Assembly: GCA_964359735.1 (NCBI GenBank)
Contig: CAYHTZ010000002.1
Location: 22,937 to 86,936 of the forward strand
DNA length: 64,000 nt
Source: an uncultured Candidatus Saccharibacteria bacterium
GTDB taxonomy: Bacteria; Patescibacteriota; Andersenbacteria; UBA10190
Direction: 5' to 3'
Within the stretch, counting starts at the first letter, position 1; each line of letters begins with the position of its first letter. Below are positions 9,461 to 18,661 of the stretch, in pieces. A program made the position numbers and the translations under genes. The notes under the pieces were generated by a model. That model was given only the letters and a program-made list of their open reading frames with translations. It was not told the DNA's origin and searched no databases.

Positions 9461-9691
9461 TTTATTTCTAGCGAACGGGTGACAGTGGAGAAGACGCTTT
9501 AGGCCAACCACGAGACCTTTCGCTCCACGTTGCTGCACCGCCCGGTACGTATACTCAGAGCACGTTTCCTCAAATCGACATACTCCCAGCGGAAAAAGTA
9601 TCTTGACTACTCCGTGATCGGGCGAAAGCGTAGCTTGGTAGATCCTAATGATTCTAAGTAGAGTTCGCTGAAACAGTTTCGGGTTTTGCAT
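9446..9691 (-). CDS. yidD: Membrane protein insertion efficiency factor YidD
   Basis: YQATLSPDHG, CRFEETCSEY, RLLHCHPF; synteny. Confidence 0.92.
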   Translation of the reverse strand: MQNPKLFQRTLLRIIRIYQATLSPDHGVVKILFPLGVCRFEETCSEYTYRAVQQRGAKGLVVGLKRLLHCHPFARNKNFEL

Positions 9692-9726
9692 TGAAGTTTT
9701 TCGTTTTACGTTTTGAATTTTGAGTT
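9684..9726. repeat. Heptamer tandem repeat, inverted right arm
   Basis: TTTTCGT TTTACGT TTTGAAT TTTGAGT. Confidence 0.65.
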
Positions 9727-10035
9727 AGGCACAAGTTTGTCTAGGTGAGGCTGAAGAATTTTTTGGAGCTCTGTAAGGTTTTTCACGCGAAGAATCTCGG
9801 GCTTGGCCACTACCACCATATCATAGTCCGGGTTGGCTTTAAGGAAGCGACGAGCCGCCTCGCGCAAGAGGCGTTGGTAGCGGTGGCGAGAGACGGCCTG
9901 CGAGTGTACCTTTCTGCCCACAATACAGGCAACTTCACCCACTGCCGCTTGGCGCGGGAAGTAGTGGAGGCTTGCGACAGGGCTTTTGAGAGCATGGCCG
10001 TGTCTTAGAATGTAGCGGACTTTCAGGCTGTTCAC
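9706..10035 (-). CDS. rnpA: Ribonuclease P protein component
   Basis: VGRKVHSQAVSRHRYQRLLREA (variant RNR motif), YDMVVVAK; lies between rpmH and yidD. Confidence 0.88.
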   Translation of the reverse strand: MNSLKVRYILRHGHALKSPVASLHYFPRQAAVGEVACIVGRKVHSQAVSRHRYQRLLREAARRFLKANPDYDMVVVAKPEILRVKNLTELQKILQPHLDKLVPNSKFKT

Positions 10036-10166
10036 GCGAGAGGGGTAAGTTTGCGCCGCCCTTTTCGTCGGCGGCGGGCGATAACCTTGCTTTTCCTCTT
10101 ACTGGCCAGGAACCCGTGCCGCCGGGCGCGCCGGCGCTTGCTTGGTTGGTACGTTCGTTTTGGCAT
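10032..10166 (-). CDS. rpmH: 50S ribosomal protein L34 (missing from the ORF track)
   Basis: Manual translation: MPKRTYQPSKRRRARRHGFLASKRKSKVIARRRRKGRRKLTPLA* (44 aa); divergent from dnaA. Confidence 0.95.
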   Translation of the reverse strand: MPKRTYQPSKRRRARRHGFLASKRKSKVIARRRRKGRRKLTPLA

Positions 10167-10206
10167 ATGTATATCCTGCTGAGTTTTTCAACACTTTGTC
10201 AACATT

Positions 10207-10251
10207 TTATCCACAAGATGTGTTCGATAGAGCATACACGCCTGTGGATAA
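10207..10251. promoter_or_regulatory. Two perfect DnaA boxes in the rpmH-dnaA intergenic region
   Basis: TTATCCACA at 10207-10215 and TGTGGATAA at 10243-10251. Confidence 0.9.
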
Positions 10252-10270
10252 CCATGGTAGCATCCAAAAG

Positions 10271-11680
10271 ATGGGTATGACTAACGAGCAACTATGGAAA
10301 GCGGCCCTTGACCAGCTCGAGCTTAAAATTAGCCAGGGAAACTACTTGGCTTGGTTCCGCCAGGCGAGGATTTCGCAGCGTCTTCCGAACGAAGTCACGA
10401 TTGAGGCTGGTTCTCCTTTTGCATACGAGTGGTTATCCAAGAAGTACCGCAATGTGATTCTGGAAGCGCTTCAAAGCTTGGACCGGGCTATTACCTCTAT
10501 CCGGTTTGCCGTGAACTCGAAGTCAGGCGGCCAGCGCACGCTCGGAAGAAAAAGCTTGCACTTGGTAGTCCAAAAACATCGGCCGGCTAACGAGCTGGTG
10601 CCACCAGCCGCGCCCGCTCCGGCTCGTCTTGTGGTCGGATCTCCCAAAGGGGGAGTACCTACAACGCTTAACCCCAAATACACTTTCGCAACGTACGTGA
10701 TTGGCCCCAGCAACGAGATTGCCCACGCGGCGTGCCAGGCGGTGGCGACTAACCCCGGCACTTCCTATAACCCTCTCTTCATTTATGGAGGGGTGGGGCT
10801 GGGGAAAACCCATCTCTTGCAAGCGGTGGGAAACGCGGTGATTGAAAAGGATTCGCGCAAGCAGATACTCTATGTCTCCTCAGAGCGGTTTGTGAATGAG
10901 TTTGTCGAAGCCATTCGCGAACAGAAAACCCAACAATTCCGCAAGCACTACCGAGACGTGGACGTGCTGATCATTGACGACGTACAGTTTTTGGCGGGAA
11001 AAGGGAAAACCCAAGAAGAACTTTTCCATACCTTTAACGCACTGTATGGGCAAAACCGTCAGATTATCTTGAGTAGCGACCGCCCGCCGACGGCTATCCC
11101 CACCTTTCAAGAACGGCTTTCCTCACGGCTCACGGGGGGGATGATCGTGGACATTAAGAAACCAGACTACGAGACTCGTTTGGCAATCCTAGAGGAAAAG
11201 GCTCAGACTCGGGGCATACAGATCGACCCAGAGGCGCTGGAGTTCATCGCAAAAAATGTACAAAACAACGTACGCGAGCTCGAAGGGGCGCTGAACCGAG
11301 TCTTGGGCCACAGCGAGGTACACAACCAGCGGGCGACACTCGAGTATACCAAGAAAGTTTTGGCTGACCTTCTCACCAGAACCTCCCACCGTGCGGTGGA
11401 CGCTAAACAAATCATCGATACGGTAAGCGTGTACTACAACCTGCCCACGGACGATTTATGTGGAAAGTGCCGTAAGAAAGAAATTGTACGCCCGCGGCAG
11501 ATTGCCATGTACCTGCTGCGCAAGGAAAGCAGTTTGTCCTTCCCTTCGATTGGGGAGTACTTCGGCGGGCGCGATCACACCACAGCCATGCATGCCTGCG
11601 ATAAAATTGAGAAGCTTTTGGAACACGACGAGGAACTATCACAAGAGATCTCCTTTTTGCGGGAGCGGCTTTATGCCTAA
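10271..11680 (+). CDS. dnaA: Chromosomal replication initiator DnaA
   Basis: YNPLFIYGGVGLGKTHL, DDVQFLAGK, FGGRDHTT. Start is ATG 10271 or 10277. Confidence 0.98.
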   Translation: MGMTNEQLWKAALDQLELKISQGNYLAWFRQARISQRLPNEVTIEAGSPFAYEWLSKKYRNVILEALQSLDRAITSIRFAVNSKSGGQRTLGRKSLHLVVQKHRPANELVPPAAPAPARLVVGSPKGGVPTTLNPKYTFATYVIGPSNEIAHAACQAVATNPGTSYNPLFIYGGVGLGKTHLLQAVGNAVIEKDSRKQILYVSSERFVNEFVEAIREQKTQQFRKHYRDVDVLIIDDVQFLAGKGKTQEELFHTFNALYGQNRQIILSSDRPPTAIPTFQERLSSRLTGGMIVDIKKPDYETRLAILEEKAQTRGIQIDPEALEFIAKNVQNNVRELEGALNRVLGHSEVHNQRATLEYTKKVLADLLTRTSHRAVDAKQIIDTVSVYYNLPTDDLCGKCRKKEIVRPRQIAMYLLRKESSLSFPSIGEYFGGRDHTTAMHACDKIEKLLEHDEELSQEISFLRERLYA

Positions 11681-11920
11681 GCTGAGGAAAAGATGGGGAG
11701 AACAGGAGGAAAGATTGGGAGTAGTGCGTAGGCGCTATTTTTCTTCCTCACCTTTTCAACAGATACACGCTTCTTATCCTCATGGCTTAGCTCTCTTATC
11801 CTCACCATTACCCACAGGAGTGGGTCCTCTACAGAGCAGTATTTTCTTCTTTTCCCGGTTTTTTCTTTCCCTGACTAGGACTAGGTCTATTTCTTTATTT
11901 ATTTTTTCTTAGTAGAAGCT
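11681..11920. promoter_or_regulatory. Probable oriC (dnaA-dnaN intergenic region)
   Basis: One-mismatch DnaA boxes TTATCCTCA (11774-11782, 11796-11804) and TTACCCACA (11808-11816), followed by an AT-rich tract at about 11888-11910. Confidence 0.7.
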
Positions 11921-13021
11921 GTGGAGTTTACCTGTACACAAGAGAACTTATCACAGGGGCTGGCTCAAGTAGTGCCAGTGACAGGCAGGAATACACAACT
12001 GCCAATCTTGCAAAATATTCTGGTGGAAGTGCGTGAAGGGGTACTCCACCTGACCGGAACTGACCTAGAGGTGGGGGTGCATGCGATTGTGGGAGGTAAG
12101 GCGGTCAAGGGCGGCAGCTGTGTGATCCCGGGGCGGCAGTTATTCGAGTATGTCCAACACCTGCCGGGCGAGAACCCCATTGAGCTCAAGCAAACAGGGA
12201 AAACGGTACTCGTAAGAACGCGAGGCTTCCGCGCGACGTTTCGGATAGCTGAGGCAGAAGACTTTCCGCTGCTGCCGGCGGTGGGTAACGAGACGGGGGT
12301 GAGTATCGATGCCCGTCTCTTGTGCCAGGGAGTAGGAGACGTGGTGTTCGCGGCCGCGCGGGAAGAAGCTCGTCCCGAGATTCACAGTGTCTACATGGCC
12401 GCGGAGGCAGGGGAATTGCGCTTGGCCGCGACTGACAGTTTTCGCCTGGCTGAGCGAGTCGTGCCGGTGGGAGGAATGAGTGGGAAGTTCTCCCTCCTTT
12501 TGCCACTGCCCACGGCTCAAGAGGTGGTACGGCTTTTTGCCACCCAAGCTTCGGTGCAGTTTGTTCCCCAAGAAACACTCATTATGTTTCGAGGAGAAGG
12601 GGTGGAACTTTCTTCCCGCCTACTGGATGCTACCTACCCAGACTACCAGCAGATCATCCCCCAAAGCTCACAGACACGAGTGGCAGTTGACCGGGAGAAA
12701 CTCACCAGGGCGCTCAAGACATTGGTGGTGTTTTTGCCGCGCGACTCCCGCCGGCTCAAGCTGCACGTTCGGCCAGACCAAGGCCAGCTCAACTTAGGTG
12801 TGGTGGGGGGAGAGGCGGGAGAGGGAGAGGTTACGCTCGAGGCAGAGATCCAGGGAGAAGCGCAAGAGCTCTTGCTTAACGTGCAGTATCTGCTCGAAGG
12901 AGCCCAGCACGTCACGAGCGAGAAAGTGGAGATGGCCTGCAGCGGCCCGGAAGCGCCGGTGGTATTTCGCCTGCTGGGGGGCAGCGGGTATGTGTACGTG
13001 GTAATGCCGATTCAGGCGTAA
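11921..13021 (+). CDS. dnaN: DNA polymerase III beta clamp
   Basis: LPILQNIL, GTDLEV, AATDSFRLAE, YPDYQQIIP, YVVMP. Confidence 0.97.
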   Translation: MEFTCTQENLSQGLAQVVPVTGRNTQLPILQNILVEVREGVLHLTGTDLEVGVHAIVGGKAVKGGSCVIPGRQLFEYVQHLPGENPIELKQTGKTVLVRTRGFRATFRIAEAEDFPLLPAVGNETGVSIDARLLCQGVGDVVFAAAREEARPEIHSVYMAAEAGELRLAATDSFRLAERVVPVGGMSGKFSLLLPLPTAQEVVRLFATQASVQFVPQETLIMFRGEGVELSSRLLDATYPDYQQIIPQSSQTRVAVDREKLTRALKTLVVFLPRDSRRLKLHVRPDQGQLNLGVVGGEAGEGEVTLEAEIQGEAQELLLNVQYLLEGAQHVTSEKVEMACSGPEAPVVFRLLGGSGYVYVVMPIQA

Positions 13022-13036
13022 GGGACAGCAGGGGGT

Positions 13037-14167
13037 ATGAATATCAAAACACTTTCGCTCCGCAACTTTCGTAACTTTGAACATGTCGAAGAGCTCACAT
13101 TCCCAATAGCCAGCCTGTTGGTGGCGGCCGCACCGAACGCCACGGGGAAGACAAACTTCCTGGAAGGCTTGGTGGTGCTGCTGCGCGGCAAATCGTTCCG
13201 GGCGCAGCTTTCCGAGTGCGTGCGCTGGGGCGAGGGAGAGGCAGTGGTTCGGGGAAGAGTAGAAACGGCCAGAGGGGGAGTGTCTCTCGCAACCAGCTAC
13301 CAGGTGGAGAACCGCCGGCTCAGAGTAGAAGAAAATGGGGAGGTAGCCTCTCCGGTGGAGATGTACTCTCAGTACCCCCTAGTCTTGTTCTTACCCGACG
13401 ATACTTTCCTGTTCATGAGGGGCCCTTCAGCGCGGCGCAATTTTCTGAACCACGTCTTGATTAGCCAACCCCACTACCTTTCCGCGCTGGTTCAGTACCA
13501 CCGGGCTCTCAAGCAGCGTAACGCTGCGTTGAAGGGCTCGGCGCGATGGGAGGACATAGAGCCATGGACTCAGGCGGTGGTACAGCATGGGGAACGCGTT
13601 TGGAAGGAGCGGCAGAAGTTTAGTGAGTTTCTGGCGAGCCACACCGAGCGCATCTACCAAGAGATTATGGGAGAAAAGCTGCAACTCACCGTACGGTTTG
13701 TGCCAGGGGCGAAGAAACCAGATCAATTTCGAGAAGTTCTCGAGGCGACGTGGACAGACGAGCGACGGTACCACTATACCTTGGCGGGACCACATCGGGA
13801 CGACTTGGAAGTATTCTCTGATGGGCGACTGGTGCAGTCAGTATTATCGCGTGGGCAAATTCGGGGGCTCACGGCGGCGCTCAAGTTTGCCAGCTGGCAC
13901 TTCTTGCGGCAGGTGACAGGAGAGGCGCCACTGCTTTTGCTGGATGAGGTTTTAAGCGAACTGGATGAGGCGCGCCAAGAAAAATTGCTCTTGCACCTCC
14001 CCCCAGGGCAGGTACTTCTCACTTGCACCAAGGTCCCCAAGATTCTGCGCGACCTTTCCCAGGTGAAGTTCCTAGATCTGCGCGCGATTATTGCCGAGGG
14101 CCACGGGGAGTCTCCTCCCCGCCACGAAACAGAGGTAGTAAAAGAGCGGGCAGAAGTTAGAAGCTAG
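13037..14167 (+). CDS. recF: DNA replication/repair protein RecF
   Basis: NFRNF, PNATGKTNFLE, GPHRDD, SRGQ, LLLDEVLSELD. Confidence 0.95.
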   Translation: MNIKTLSLRNFRNFEHVEELTFPIASLLVAAAPNATGKTNFLEGLVVLLRGKSFRAQLSECVRWGEGEAVVRGRVETARGGVSLATSYQVENRRLRVEENGEVASPVEMYSQYPLVLFLPDDTFLFMRGPSARRNFLNHVLISQPHYLSALVQYHRALKQRNAALKGSARWEDIEPWTQAVVQHGERVWKERQKFSEFLASHTERIYQEIMGEKLQLTVRFVPGAKKPDQFREVLEATWTDERRYHYTLAGPHRDDLEVFSDGRLVQSVLSRGQIRGLTAALKFASWHFLRQVTGEAPLLLLDEVLSELDEARQEKLLLHLPPGQVLLTCTKVPKILRDLSQVKFLDLRAIIAEGHGESPPRHETEVVKERAEVRS

Positions 14168-14244
14168 AATTTGGAAGTTGGAATTTAGAGTTCATCTTCG
14201 CTATTCTTATTCTAGATTCCATATTCCACATTCAATATTCCAAG
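14151..14244. repeat. Inverted heptamer tandem repeat (TRGAANT)n...(TTCCANA)n
   Basis: TAGAAGC TAGAATT TGGAAGT TGGAATT ... TTCTAGA TTCCATA TTCCACA TTCAATA TTCCAAG. Confidence 0.75.
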
Positions 14245-14246
14245 TC

Positions 14247-14516
14247 ATGCTTCAACCTCTTTCAAACTTCCTTCACGAGAAAAAAGGCCAAAGAGCGTGG
14301 GACGAATCAGACGCGCGCCATTTCATTCAGAAATGGCTCCGAGAGACGACGCACACTCAGCACGTCTACTGCGAGCGCTTTGGGCAGGGAGTAGCCACCG
14401 TGCGCGCTGCCTCGGCGGCCGTGAGGCAGGAAGTAGCACTGTCTGAGGCGGATCTTAAGAAGGCCTTTCGGAAAGCCGGGGGGCGCACTCTCGCGCGCCT
14501 CGTGGTTACTCAATAG
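14247..14516 (+). CDS. DUF721/DciA-like helicase-loading protein
   Basis: 89 aa directly after recF; GVATVRAASAAVRQEV resembles the DUF721 core. Confidence 0.55.
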   Translation: MLQPLSNFLHEKKGQRAWDESDARHFIQKWLRETTHTQHVYCERFGQGVATVRAASAAVRQEVALSEADLKKAFRKAGGRTLARLVVTQ

Positions 14517-17331
14517 TCACCGTATGCCTGGCGGATTCGGTGAAGTTGCCCGTTTTGTCGTAGGCAACGGCGTAGATTTCGTAGGTGCCTTTCCCCGGGG
14601 CATCGTCCCAGGTAACTTCGTACCGGTTGGGGGCAGTCGGGGCGAGGGTGGTTGTTCGGCCCACGCGTCTGGTGCTGCTATCGCCTTCTTTGCGGTAGAG
14701 GAAGTCGACGACATCAATGCCGCTGGCATCGGTGGCCGTAGCCTTTAAGACGTAGGGGAAGTTGGAGTCTCTCAACGTGGTACCGTTTTGTGGCGTGTGG
14801 AGAATAACGCTGGGGGGTGCATCATCGGGATTAATAATGAAGGTGCGGTGAGCCAAGCCGATGAGATTATTTTCGGTGATAGCTTGGACGACGAGCGTCA
14901 TGCGTCCTGAGAAGCCATCGGGGTAGCTGAAGGCAGCCACAAAGTCATCGTCTTTGCCGCGGCGCGCAATCTCTTGGCCTTCCACTACGAATCGCACTTC
15001 ACGCAGCTCATGCTCAGACTCGACTTCAACTTCGATAGTGACCGGGCTTTCAGTGATGATGGTGGTGTCGGGCTCGACGATTTTTACTTGCGGTATTTCT
15101 CCCTCACTACTCACATTGCAGACGGCTTCGGGTAGAGAAGGAACATACAAAGGCTCTTCAGGCTTATCTTTGTTTTCGGCATTGTGCTTGTCCCGCCAGG
15201 CAGCCACCGCACCTTCCCATTGGTTGAATTGGGGATCAGCCTCGGCATGGGCGGGTGGTGGGCCGAGGGGGTTGGTGCGTCGGACGTAGTACAAAATACT
15301 ATGCAGTTCTTTGATGGTTCGTTCTTGTCCCAAGGCGACAGGGCATTCGAGACTATAGAGTGTGTTGGTCTCGCTCGCCCACTTGCCTTTGACTTCCGGA
15401 AGTTGGTTGCGCAGTGCCCCATGAGGAATGTCCCGCAGCGGGGCGGGAGAAGTAAATTGCTCAATGGGGCTCCCCTTTAAAGCTTCTCTCATGAACGCAT
15501 TCCAAATTGGTCCCGCTACTACCACCCCGTCAGAGCGGCTACCCATCGGCGAGTTATCGTTGTTGCCTACCCACACGCCGGCGACGAGGGAGGGGGTAAA
15601 GCCCATGGTCCAACCATCTCTAAACTCTTGGGCTGTACCGGTTTTGGCAGCTACCGGGCGGCTGCCTAGTTGCAGGGGGCTGCCTCCCCCAAAGATCATG
15701 GCGCGGGCGCCGTTATCGGAGAGAATGTTGGTAACCTGACGGGCAATTTGGGGGCTTAACACCTCTTCGGGAGTACGCTCTTCTTTTTCGGCATCAAACA
15801 GAACTTCGCCCGAAGTGCTCTCCACCTTGAGGACAGCGCGGTGGGGGAAACGAACGCCTTCATTGGCGAATACACCGTAGGCGGAAACTTCGTCGATGAG
15901 GCGCACCTCGCCGCCACCCAAGACAAGAGACAGCCCATAGCGATCAGGATCGTTCAAGGAGGCCATGCCCATTTTCTGAGCGAGATCGGTGGCGCGGCGC
16001 ACATCGGCGAGGTAGAGAGTTTGCACAGCGGGAATGTTAAGAGAGTTAGCCAAGGCTTGGCGCATGGTCACTGGGCCGTGTTCGCGTAAGTTGTAATTCT
16101 TGGGACGATAGCCTTTGCCGAAATCAGTTTCGGCATCCACCAGCACGGTGTCGGGAGTATAGCCGCGCTGGAAAGCGGCGGCGTACACGAATGGTTTGAT
16201 AGAGGAACCGGGAGAGCGGTGGCGGACAGCAACGTTGACGTTGCCGTCGATTTCTTCGTTGAAGTAATCGATGGAGCCCACCATGGAGAGGACGTCACCG
16301 CTTTTTGGGTCAAGCGCCACCATGGCTGCGTTCGAGGCGCCTAACTTCTTCAGCCGGTCTTGGTGAGTCTTCAGCGTTTCCTCAGCGATCGTTTGCAGGC
16401 GCATATCGAGCGTGGTGGTAACCTTTAATCCCCCTTGTTCAACCACCCGCTGTCCGTACTGGTTTTCGAGGAGTTCTTTGATATAGAAAACAAAGTGAGG
16501 GGCACGAATGGATTCCCGCGGGGGAGCAAACTCCAAGGGTTCATTCTTCGCTTTGTCAGCTTCGTCGCGCGAAATAAAGTTCAGCTCGACCATGCGGTTT
16601 AGGATGTGCTCTTGGCGGGCTTTTAAGTCTTCGAAGTGGGAACCGTGCGGCGAGTAGTAGCTGGGCGCTTTGGGGAGCGCGGCTAAGGTGGCGGCCTGGG
16701 AGAGATTGACATCGCGGGCGGATTTTCCAAAAAACTGTTGGCTGGCGGCCTCTACTCCGTAGGCTTGGCTGCCGTACGGAATATCGTTCAGATACATTTC
16801 CAGAATTTGATCTTTGTTGAAGCGCTGCTCCAGTTCAAGGGCCAACACGGCTTCCTTGACTTTACGCTGCAGGGTCCGCTCCGGAGTTAAGATCGAATTC
16901 TTGATAAGCTGTTGCGTGATGGTAGACCCCCCTTGCAGGCTGCCGCCCCGTATGTTGACCAGCACGGCGCGCAGAATGCCTTGGAAGTCGAGGCCGTGGT
17001 GTTCGTAGAACTGGTCGTCTTCAGCGGTAAGAGTCGATTTCACGAGATGAGGAGACACTTGGGACAGAGGGACGCGGGTGCGGTGAATGTCGCCAATCTC
17101 GTACAAGAGGTGGGAGCCAGTGGCATCAAAAATTTTCGTGGATTCGGAGATACGGCGGGCGTCGATCGTTTGGGGATCCGGTAAGTCCTTGCTCCACCAG
17201 AGTACCGTGGTAGCGCCAATGAGGAAGAATGCCCCGAGAGCTATAGCCCCGTAGCGCAGGAGTTTGCGGCGAGGCAGCCGGTAGAGCCTGCGCAAGCGCT
17301 CGTGGGGGCGGTTGAAGCGACGGAGAGGCAT
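14506..17331 (-). CDS. Class A penicillin-binding protein (PBP1A family) with C-terminal Ig-like domains
   Basis: EDDQFYEHHG, QGGSTITQQL, RKVKE; transpeptidase motifs GSSIKP, SLN, KTGT; beta-rich C-terminus. Confidence 0.95.
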   Translation of the reverse strand: MPLRRFNRPHERLRRLYRLPRRKLLRYGAIALGAFFLIGATTVLWWSKDLPDPQTIDARRISESTKIFDATGSHLLYEIGDIHRTRVPLSQVSPHLVKSTLTAEDDQFYEHHGLDFQGILRAVLVNIRGGSLQGGSTITQQLIKNSILTPERTLQRKVKEAVLALELEQRFNKDQILEMYLNDIPYGSQAYGVEAASQQFFGKSARDVNLSQAATLAALPKAPSYYSPHGSHFEDLKARQEHILNRMVELNFISRDEADKAKNEPLEFAPPRESIRAPHFVFYIKELLENQYGQRVVEQGGLKVTTTLDMRLQTIAEETLKTHQDRLKKLGASNAAMVALDPKSGDVLSMVGSIDYFNEEIDGNVNVAVRHRSPGSSIKPFVYAAAFQRGYTPDTVLVDAETDFGKGYRPKNYNLREHGPVTMRQALANSLNIPAVQTLYLADVRRATDLAQKMGMASLNDPDRYGLSLVLGGGEVRLIDEVSAYGVFANEGVRFPHRAVLKVESTSGEVLFDAEKEERTPEEVLSPQIARQVTNILSDNGARAMIFGGGSPLQLGSRPVAAKTGTAQEFRDGWTMGFTPSLVAGVWVGNNDNSPMGSRSDGVVVAGPIWNAFMREALKGSPIEQFTSPAPLRDIPHGALRNQLPEVKGKWASETNTLYSLECPVALGQERTIKELHSILYYVRRTNPLGPPPAHAEADPQFNQWEGAVAAWRDKHNAENKDKPEEPLYVPSLPEAVCNVSSEGEIPQVKIVEPDTTIITESPVTIEVEVESEHELREVRFVVEGQEIARRGKDDDFVAAFSYPDGFSGRMTLVVQAITENNLIGLAHRTFIINPDDAPPSVILHTPQNGTTLRDSNFPYVLKATATDASGIDVVDFLYRKEGDSSTRRVGRTTTLAPTAPNRYEVTWDDAPGKGTYEIYAVAYDKTGNFTESARHTVTIE

Positions 17332-17350
17332 AGAGGAAGCTCGTGCTCTA

Positions 17351-18655
17351 CTATGACGGTAAGCGTTTGCTTGGGTCAACTAGAAATCCGCGGATATCGC
17401 GGCGTCCAATAATCATGTCATAGCGCATAGTAGAACGGTCTGAGAGAAACACCTGGGTACGTACGGGGTGGCCATGGAGTTCAAAGGCGAGGTTGACGAC
17501 GGGGCGTGTTTCGGCTCCCAGGGAGGCGCGAACTGGTTTGTAGTCTACGATGGGCCGGTCCAAGCTAAATTTTTGGGCTAGTTCCCGGTCGAGCGCAGTA
17601 CGGTAGGCCCCAGTGTCGATTTTTGCCTTCAGAATATGGGGAGCACCTTCGCTGTCATAGATCGTGACTGCCTCTTCAATGCCGACGACGCTGCGGCCGG
17701 TGGTATCTTCAATTTCCTCGGTGTCGAGGCCAAAGAGACTTTTAGCCAGCCGTACGCCCTTCTCAGGCGTTTTGACGCTGAGTCCTTCTATCCGACGCAG
17801 GCGCGACTGGAGCGGAGCAAAGTTGGCAAATTGAATTTCGAGTCCGGGCCGGGCATTGATTTCTAACACCATCGGGCCATCGTCTCGGTCGAGGGCGACG
17901 TCAACGCCGGCATACTTGAGTCCGCACGCGTCCGCCGCAGCGACGGCAATTTGCAGGGTCTTGTCCCACTCTGGCAGGTGAATGCCTGAGAGCCGCAAGC
18001 GGCTGCCGGGGAGAGTGTCGAGAGCGCGGCTACGCTGGATGGCGGTGGTGGTAAGACCGAGTGGAATATCGATGCCTACCCCAATGCCGCCGGCGTGCAG
18101 ATTGGCGCGGCCGCGAGAGGCAGCCGTTGCCAAGCGCAACATAGCCATCACGGGAATGGAGTTATACACGAGTACTCGCACGTCAGGGATACCTTGTATG
18201 CTGTAGGGCTTGAGTGCCGCATGTACCTTCACGCGCTGTTCGAAGAAGGCAATATCAGGCACGTTCCCCTTCGAGAAGCGTCCATCCAGAATGTCGAGGG
18301 CGTGGTCTCTGAGCTCTGGGATAAACACTTCAGTTTTGTCCGCCTTGACCCAGTTGCCTTTCTTGTTGCGTCCGAAGACGACCAAGATGCCGCCTCCTCC
18401 TGAGGAGGCATTGGGTTTTAACACAAAGGAGGCGGGCAGCTTCGTCCAACGGAAGCGGGAAAGCTCACGCCGCGAACGAATGGTGGCGTAGAGCCGAGGA
18501 GTCGGAATGCCGGCGCGCTGCAGAGCGCGCTTGGTAGCTAGTTTGCGGTTAGCCAGGCGGATGGCGCTGGGAGTATTAGATTTTTTTACGTACAGAAGAG
18601 CGCGGGCGTTCATTCCTAAGACATCTCCCCAGCGTTTCGAAATGAGCGGCGCCAT
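17351..18655 (-). CDS. Sugar-transfer-associated ATP-grasp (alpha-L-glutamate ligase-like) fused to a retropepsin-like aspartic protease
   Basis: VLGMNAR, FVLKPNASSGGGGI, RANLHAGG, LEINARPGL; C-terminal AKIDTGA and MIIGRR. Confidence 0.85.
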   Translation of the reverse strand: MAPLISKRWGDVLGMNARALLYVKKSNTPSAIRLANRKLATKRALQRAGIPTPRLYATIRSRRELSRFRWTKLPASFVLKPNASSGGGGILVVFGRNKKGNWVKADKTEVFIPELRDHALDILDGRFSKGNVPDIAFFEQRVKVHAALKPYSIQGIPDVRVLVYNSIPVMAMLRLATAASRGRANLHAGGIGVGIDIPLGLTTTAIQRSRALDTLPGSRLRLSGIHLPEWDKTLQIAVAAADACGLKYAGVDVALDRDDGPMVLEINARPGLEIQFANFAPLQSRLRRIEGLSVKTPEKGVRLAKSLFGLDTEEIEDTTGRSVVGIEEAVTIYDSEGAPHILKAKIDTGAYRTALDRELAQKFSLDRPIVDYKPVRASLGAETRPVVNLAFELHGHPVRTQVFLSDRSTMRYDMIIGRRDIRGFLVDPSKRLPS

Positions 18656-18661
18656 AGAGCG

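Noticed and set aside
10142-10270. N-terminal extension of DnaA in the ORF track
   Set aside because: It overlaps rpmH and the DnaA boxes. DnaA-like sequence starts at MTNEQLW.
14151-14244. CRISPR array at the heptamer tracts (also 9414 and 30020)
   Set aside because: The units are 7 nt with no spacers, and no cas genes are present.
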